Shown piece after piece: positions 58,646-64,000 of a stretch of 64,000 nucleotides of DNA. The stretch lies in contig JACQVS010000106.1 in assembly GCA_016209605.1 (NCBI GenBank), forward strand, positions 6,916-70,915, in the 5' to 3' direction. The position numbers were made by a program, and so were the translations under genes. The notes below the pieces were generated by a model. It ran no database searches. It was given only the letters and a program-made list of their open reading frames with translations, and was not told the origin of the DNA. How positions within the stretch are numbered: position 1 is the first letter of the stretch; each line of letters starts with the position of its first letter. This DNA comes from Planctomycetota bacterium. GTDB lineage: Bacteria > Planctomycetota > UBA8108 > JACQVS01.

Positions 58646-61600
58646 ATGAGGACAAGGACTCGTTCTCGAGGTTCGATGGCCATCATCCTGATCCCCTTGT
58701 GGCTTGGCCCGGCTTCCCCGGTCTTCGGCGAGGAGACTTTCTTCAAGCGCGGCGATTCCAACTCCGACGGGACCCTGGACATCTCGGACCCCATCCATTC
58801 GCTGGAATTTCTCTACATCGGAAAGCCGGGGCCGACCTGCATGGACGCCGCTGACGCGAACGATGACGGGGGTTTGGACCAGAGTGACGCCATCTACTCT
58901 CTCGAGTTCAAGTTCCTCGGGGGACCTCCCCCGCCGCCGCCGTTCCTCGAGTGCGGCGCGGATCTTACCTCGGATGATGAGCTCGGCTGCGGCAGCTTCG
59001 CCCCCTGCCAACCGCCGGTCGAGCCTCCGCTTCCGACCTTCAGCGAGGCGGAGGCGCGCGGCTCCGGGCCGGGCCACCCCTGGCAAGGCGGGCCCTGGTT
59101 GGGCGCTCTCAACGCCTGGCTGCTACGCGACCTGGTCAACCTGGCCTCGCTCAGCCTCCAGGCAAGGGCGTTCCTGGTGGCCCTGCGGACGCCAAGCGGC
59201 CTCACCGTGCCCGTTTCCCTCTACCACAACTCCCAGGCCGCGTACTCCAACCCCGTTCTCCCGAAAAAATGGAACCACTCGCTCTGGGTCTTCCTGCTGC
59301 CGTACGTCGAGCAAGACAACATCCAGCGGATGGGCCTTTACTGGGGCAATCACACCGAGCAGCGGTTCAAGCTCCAGGGCGGCCAGTGGACGCCGCTCGA
59401 CGGCTACCGCGACGGCCTCCAAACCACCCCGACCGGCGCCACGCTGACGCTCCACGACCAGACGAGGCTGGAGTTCTTCGCCGGGTACCTCGCTGGCAAG
59501 CGGGCGTACCTGCTGGACCGGATCGTCGATACGAGCGGCCAGGCGATCGACCTGGACTACGACATGTCCGGCCGCGTCGCCTCGGCCACGGACCCCGCGG
59601 GTCGGACCCTCGCCCTGACGTACAACCCCGACGGGCGGCTCGCGCAAGTCACCTTCGCCTACGGGGCCTTCTCGCGCTCCTGGGAGATGCGCTACGAGAA
59701 CGATACGCTCGCGCAGATCGTGTACCCGCCGGTCACCACCGACGCCGGGCCCCAGGTTTACACGGCCTCGTTCGCGTACGACCCCCGGGGCAACATCGTC
59801 AAGACCACCGATCGCGAAAGGAACGAGTGGCTCTACGGCTACGACTTCACCCCCGTGCCCGACCGGCTGCGCTGGGTCCAGCCGCCGGGGAACACGCCCG
59901 CGCAGCGCTTCGAGTACAAGTGGCTCGATCCGGTGACGAGGGAGTTCGTCGATCCGGTGGGCGCCACGTCGCGGATCACCTATGACGCCTTCAACCGCGT
60001 GGTCTCGTGGTCTCAGGTGACTACGACGCAGGGCTTCACGTGGGCCCTGCAATACACCGACGGCGATTACCCCTGGGCGCCTTCGATCGTCAGGGCGCCG
60101 TCGGGCACGAGCTGGCAGTACGACTATGACCCGGCGGGCAATCCGATCGGCGCGATCGACCCCGCCGGCAACCGCTGGGACTACACCTACGACGCGTTCA
60201 ACAACCTGGTCCAGGTCCTCCAGCCGCTGATCAGGGACGTCTGGGGGAACACCGAGCCGGGCCGGCGCCGGATGGATCTGGACTACGACTCCAACCACCG
60301 CCTGATCCTCCGCCGGCGCCTGGCCCGGTTCGCGAGCCCGCTCAACGAGTCCCACGAGTGGTCATACCTTTACAACCCTTTCGGCCAGGTGACCCATGCG
60401 ACTGATCCCCTGGGGCGCACCACGGTGTACACCTACGACCCCCTGGGCAACCTCATCGAGGTCAGGTCGCCCGAGGGGCGCACGTTCGAGTGGAAGCACT
60501 TCGACCCCGAGGGCACATTCGGCTTCACCCTTCCCGACGCGGTGGTCAACGGCCTGGGGCAGTTGACCAAGCTGGCCCGCGACGAGTGGGGCCGGCTGCG
60601 CATGAAGGACTATCCCGCGAGCCCGGACGAGAAGTACTCCTACGACGGGCTGTCGCGCCTGGTCCGCGCCGAGGACGCCTTCACCCCGCCGACCGTGTAC
60701 ACGTACTACGCCTCCGGCCCCCTGTTGGCGCAGGAGCGCGGGCCGCAACGCCTCCAGATCGCCCGCCTGCCCAACGGCCGGCGCGCCAGCGTGGTCGAGT
60801 CGGGCGTCCCCCTGCCGCGGAACCTCCAGTACCAGTACGACCAACGCAACCTGCTCAAGACTTTGATCGACGGCGGGGCCCAGATCGGCTTCGCCTATGA
60901 CGAGGACGGGAGGCTGATCCAGCGGACCCTGCCCAACGGCGTCTCGGCGGAGTACGCGTACAACTTCGGCAAGCTGACGTCGATCGGCCACCGCCAGCCC
61001 GGCGGCCCCCTGTTCGCGGTGTTCGACTACGGGTACCAGGCCAACGGGCAGCGGATGCAGGTGGTCGAGATGGGCGGCGCGGCCACGGTCCGCTACGGCT
61101 ACGATCTGCTCGACCGGCTGGCGCGCGAGGAGCGGAGCGGCGCCGTCCCCTACGAGTTCCGGTGGATTTACGACGCGGCGGGCCATCGGCTCAGTCAGCT
61201 CCAGGACGGCCTGCTCACGGAATACAGCCATGACCAGGACGGCCTGCTCACCCAGATGACCGGCCCGCCGGGCGCGCGGACGTACGCCTGGGACGCCGCC
61301 GGGCGGCTCGTCCAGCGCACCTTCTCCCGGATCACCGAGACCTTCGCGTATGACGACGCGGGCCGCCTGATCCACGCCGACCAAGTCCAGCAGGGCATGC
61401 TTCCGCTGCCCTGGCGCGATTACCTTTACAACGCCCTGGGCAGGAGGATCCTGCGCCTGGCGTTCGCCGCCCTCGGCCAGCCGGAGAGCCAGACGGCGTT
61501 CTCAGACGCCGCGGGGGCGCCGTTCCGCGAGGAGCGGATCTCGCTCCAGGGGGGAGGGCAGACCTCCTTCCGGCCGACCTTCGCGGGCGGGCTGGTGCGC

Positions 61601-62275
61601 TGGCTGGACGTGAACACCGGCCAGTGCATGTACCCCGCCACCGACGCCGACGGCTCGATCCGAGCCTGGACCGACAACTCCGGGGCCGTGGGCCCCTACG
61701 CGGCGGTCTACAACGCCTTCGGCCAGGCCATCCTCGACCAGGGCCCGCGCCCGCCTTACGCCTTCGCCGCGGACTCAGGCGCGCGCAACGATGGCGACTT
61801 CGGGTGGCTCGCGCTCCCCGGCGGCGGCTTCTACAGCCCGGTGGAGCAGATTCTTGTAGGGCAAGCGGTCGGGGGGCACAACCCGCAGAGGGGGATTCCC
61901 TGGGAGCCCGGGTTACCTCAGCTCAGCGGCCTCCTCTCGATCGCAACCGGAGGTACCGGGTTCTCCTGGGGCTCGGCCACCCAGGATGAAGACCCAGCGG
62001 ACCGGGCCCTTCGCGAGATGGAAGAGGCCGCGGCGGGGGCAAGGCTGGGGGAGTTTCACTTCCACTACCAGGTTCCCCGGAGCTCTTTTGGTCATTTCTG
62101 TGCCTGCCATCTTGTAGGCGGCGGGGGTTGCAGTTCTTGCCTCGCGGAGGTCGAGAAAGAATATGAGGAATGGAACGATCCGAAACGCAACCCGTGCCCC
62201 AAGTGCCCGCCCCCACCGCCCCCTCCGGTGATCCGGATCTACCCCGAGTTGTGGGCGCGCGGGGAGAGCATCTAG
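58646..62275 (+). CDS. YD/RHS-repeat protein with an N-terminal signal peptide plus two dockerin-like Ca-binding repeats and a Cys-rich C-terminal domain
   Basis: 1209 aa. N-terminus: GDSNSDGTLDISDPIHSLEFLY and ADANDDGGLDQSDAIYSLEFKFLGG. Many YD repeats (YDAFNRVV, YDPAGNPIG, YTYDPLGNLIEV, YAYDDAGRLI…). C-terminal ~100 aa carry HFHYQ…CACH…CSSC…CPKCPPPPPPP. The canonical RHS DPxGL core boundary is not evident. Confidence 0.85.
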   Translation: MRTRTRSRGSMAIILIPLWLGPASPVFGEETFFKRGDSNSDGTLDISDPIHSLEFLYIGKPGPTCMDAADANDDGGLDQSDAIYSLEFKFLGGPPPPPPFLECGADLTSDDELGCGSFAPCQPPVEPPLPTFSEAEARGSGPGHPWQGGPWLGALNAWLLRDLVNLASLSLQARAFLVALRTPSGLTVPVSLYHNSQAAYSNPVLPKKWNHSLWVFLLPYVEQDNIQRMGLYWGNHTEQRFKLQGGQWTPLDGYRDGLQTTPTGATLTLHDQTRLEFFAGYLAGKRAYLLDRIVDTSGQAIDLDYDMSGRVASATDPAGRTLALTYNPDGRLAQVTFAYGAFSRSWEMRYENDTLAQIVYPPVTTDAGPQVYTASFAYDPRGNIVKTTDRERNEWLYGYDFTPVPDRLRWVQPPGNTPAQRFEYKWLDPVTREFVDPVGATSRITYDAFNRVVSWSQVTTTQGFTWALQYTDGDYPWAPSIVRAPSGTSWQYDYDPAGNPIGAIDPAGNRWDYTYDAFNNLVQVLQPLIRDVWGNTEPGRRRMDLDYDSNHRLILRRRLARFASPLNESHEWSYLYNPFGQVTHATDPLGRTTVYTYDPLGNLIEVRSPEGRTFEWKHFDPEGTFGFTLPDAVVNGLGQLTKLARDEWGRLRMKDYPASPDEKYSYDGLSRLVRAEDAFTPPTVYTYYASGPLLAQERGPQRLQIARLPNGRRASVVESGVPLPRNLQYQYDQRNLLKTLIDGGAQIGFAYDEDGRLIQRTLPNGVSAEYAYNFGKLTSIGHRQPGGPLFAVFDYGYQANGQRMQVVEMGGAATVRYGYDLLDRLAREERSGAVPYEFRWIYDAAGHRLSQLQDGLLTEYSHDQDGLLTQMTGPPGARTYAWDAAGRLVQRTFSRITETFAYDDAGRLIHADQVQQGMLPLPWRDYLYNALGRRILRLAFAALGQPESQTAFSDAAGAPFREERISLQGGGQTSFRPTFAGGLVRWLDVNTGQCMYPATDADGSIRAWTDNSGAVGPYAAVYNAFGQAILDQGPRPPYAFAADSGARNDGDFGWLALPGGGFYSPVEQILVGQAVGGHNPQRGIPWEPGLPQLSGLLSIATGGTGFSWGSATQDEDPADRALREMEEAAAGARLGEFHFHYQVPRSSFGHFCACHLVGGGGCSSCLAEVEKEYEEWNDPKRNPCPKCPPPPPPPVIRIYPELWARGESI

Positions 62276-62639
62276 CCCCTTTGGACGACGCTCCTCCCTT
62301 GCCGTCCTGTTCGCGCACGAGGCGCGTGAACCGGCCCCGGCGGTCCTTGAAGTTCCTCGAGGATTTCGTCGAGAGGACCTACTTCTTCGTGGCTCGAAAG
62401 AAGAGGCGGACGGCGGCTCAGCCGCGATAGGCCGAGCCGGATCAACGGAGCCGACCTACTTCTCCTCGCCTGCCTCTTTCTTCTCGGGCGCCGGTTTTTC
62501 CGGAGGCGCCGGCGCTCCCGCCTCCGGCCGCCGGTCCGCTCTCCACTTCTGGATCTGCGGCGTCTTCTCCTCGAACTCGCGCATGAGGCGCCCGACCTCG
62601 GCGGGCGGCTGCCCCTTGGCGGGGGAGCGCTGCTGAGCT

Positions 62640-62956
62640 GGACCGGCCAGAGCCCCTGGGAGCGAGACTGGTACGATTGGCGTCGCCCGGACTGGTACGG
62701 TAACTTCGAGATCATCAGAGGCCCCGAGGACCCCCGCTGGCAGGACCCGATGCTCTGGGGAAACCGCTCGTGGTACGAGGACCCAAGTTCCCCCGGGTAC
62801 AGGCCATAGCCTCTCCAGGTCGGTTTTGCGACGGCGGACCGGAAGGCTTTCGAAGTCGACGTCTCCGGTCCGTTTCTCGAGATCGATTTTGCCCGTAAGG
62901 TCGAGAATCCGAAGATCTCCGCCATCGAGATCGAGCGGCTGGAGCGGGAGAAGTGA
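62640..62956 (+). pseudogene. Coding-like open frame downstream of the RHS gene with an in-frame TAG (62807) and no canonical start; possibly a degraded small gene
   Basis: Frame 2 reads …TGQSPWERDWYDWRRPDWYGNFEIIRGPEDPRWQDPMLWGNRSWYEDPSSPGYRP*PLQVGFATADRKAFEVDVSGPFLEIDFARKVENPKISAIEIERLEREK* with GC3-rich codon pattern. Speculative. Confidence 0.2.
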
Positions 62957-63191
62957 AATCCGGGCACAGCCGCGCGATCCGACTTGGGCGGTTACCGTGG
63001 TCGTTGGCGGCTAGCGTTGCGGCGAGCCCTCGAGCTATCACATCTCGCTTCCTGCCGTCGACTACCGCGTCCCCCTGCACTTTGCTGAGACCTGTTTCAA
63101 AATTGTCGTTCGTCCATTGCTCGATTCTGTCCCGGGCCGCCATTGTAGAATCAATGTCCCGCGGCCAGAAGGAGGAGCACGATAAATCTGA

Positions 63192-63992
63192 TCACGATAG
63201 CAGCTCCGTCTGGAACTTCTTGAGCTGGTTCTTGAGCCTGAGGAGGATGCGGGAGTGGAGCTGGCAGACGCGCGATTCGGAGAGGTTCAAGGTGGCGCCG
63301 ATCTCTCGCATGGTGAGGTCCTCGTAATAGTAGAGGAGGAGGATCAGCCGCTCTTTCCGGTTCAAGCCCTTGGTGATGAACTCGGTGATCTCCTTGCGCT
63401 TGAGCTCCGACTCCGGATCGACCCCCTTCTTGTCCTCGAGGATGTCGATCTTGCGGAGGACCTTGGAGCCCTGCTCCTCCTTGCTCTTCTCGTTCAAGCT
63501 GACGATCGAGATGGCGCTCGCCTCGCAAAGGAGCTCCTCGTACTCGCACATGCTCATGCTCAAGCGCTCGGCCATTTCCGGATCGGTGGGAGCGCGTCCG
63601 AGTTCCGCCTCGAGTTCCCGCCAGGCGGTTTCTACTCGGTTGGCCTTGTTCCGCACGATGCGGGGCACCCAGTCCAGCGAGCGGAGTTCATCGAGGATGG
63701 CGCCGCGGATGCGAGTGGTGCAGTAAGTCTCGAATTTCACTCCGCGGCTGAGGTCGAATCCATTGACCGCATCCATGAGGCCGAAGATGCCGGCGCTGGT
63801 CAAGTCATCCAGCTCGATGTTGTGGGGCAACTTCGCGAGCAGCCTTTCCGCAATGTACTTGACCAGAGGCAAGTAGCGCTCGATCAGAAGATTGCGGAGG
63901 CTCTCATCGCCGGTTGCCTTGAACTCTTTCCAGACTTTTTCAATGTCGAAGGCCTCTTCCTTCTTTTTTTTCCTCTTGCGGGTTGCAACCAC
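63192..63992 (-). CDS. fliA: RNA polymerase sigma factor, FliA/WhiG (sigma-28) family
   Basis: 266 aa; region 2 (…YLPLVKYIAERL…DLTSAGIFGLMDAVNGFD…FETYCTTRIRGAILDELR), region 3, region 4 HTH (LTMREIGATLNLSESRVCQLH). Confidence 0.85.
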   Translation of the reverse strand: MVATRKRKKKKEEAFDIEKVWKEFKATGDESLRNLLIERYLPLVKYIAERLLAKLPHNIELDDLTSAGIFGLMDAVNGFDLSRGVKFETYCTTRIRGAILDELRSLDWVPRIVRNKANRVETAWRELEAELGRAPTDPEMAERLSMSMCEYEELLCEASAISIVSLNEKSKEEQGSKVLRKIDILEDKKGVDPESELKRKEITEFITKGLNRKERLILLLYYYEDLTMREIGATLNLSESRVCQLHSRILLRLKNQLKKFQTELLS

Positions 63993-64000
63993 GTTTTTGA

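Overview
This is a GC-rich (about 65%) bacterial chromosomal window, densely coded and mostly on the minus strand. My calls rest on reading the six-frame translations for family-defining motifs; I ran no searches. I found no rRNA, tRNA or CRISPR array.

Housekeeping genes, in window order:
- metK, waaA/kdtA, secA, pyrD and a Xer-family tyrosine recombinase.
- serA next to an intact FAS II cluster (rpmF-plsX-fabH-fabD-fabG-acpP-fabF).
- alaS, thpR, a PfkB-family kinase, a fused TsaC/YwlC and low-molecular-weight phosphatase gene followed by rpiB, then rnhA, rnr and lepB.

Accessory content:
- (a) A Ras-like GTPase polarity module: an mglA homologue with an unusual C-terminal tail anchor, an mglB homologue, two more Roadblock-domain genes and a 1055-aa DUF4388(PATAN)-TPR-TM-PEGA-PQQ protein. 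Two PP2C phosphatases (GAF-fused and STAS-fused) sit just upstream, and two tandem GspE/PilB ATPases plus one GspF/PilC a few kb further upstream.
- (b) A periplasmic 9-heme c-type cytochrome whose stop overlaps (ATGA) an ORF leading into an outer-membrane beta-barrel gene. This looks like a candidate porin-cytochrome electron conduit, now interrupted by a miniature transposon-like element. A PpiD/SurA-like chaperone is adjacent.
- (c) A 1209-aa YD/RHS-repeat protein with N-terminal dockerin-like calcium-binding repeats and a cysteine-rich C-terminus. A possible degraded downstream gene follows it.
- (d) A sigma-54 activator, a secreted dockerin protein, a two-EF-hand protein and a DUF4143 ATPase in one minus-strand run.
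- (e) Two intergenic repeat families. One is an ~80-nt composite palindromic element with 4 copies. The other is a ~170-205-nt element with ~12-20-bp terminal inverted repeats and 3 copies. Both create spurious N-terminal ORF extensions, and both show compensatory stem changes that would preserve RNA pairing.
- (f) A 630-nt noncoding region holding covarying tandem hairpins.

Many long antisense ORFs in the track are GC-content artefacts and are rejected.
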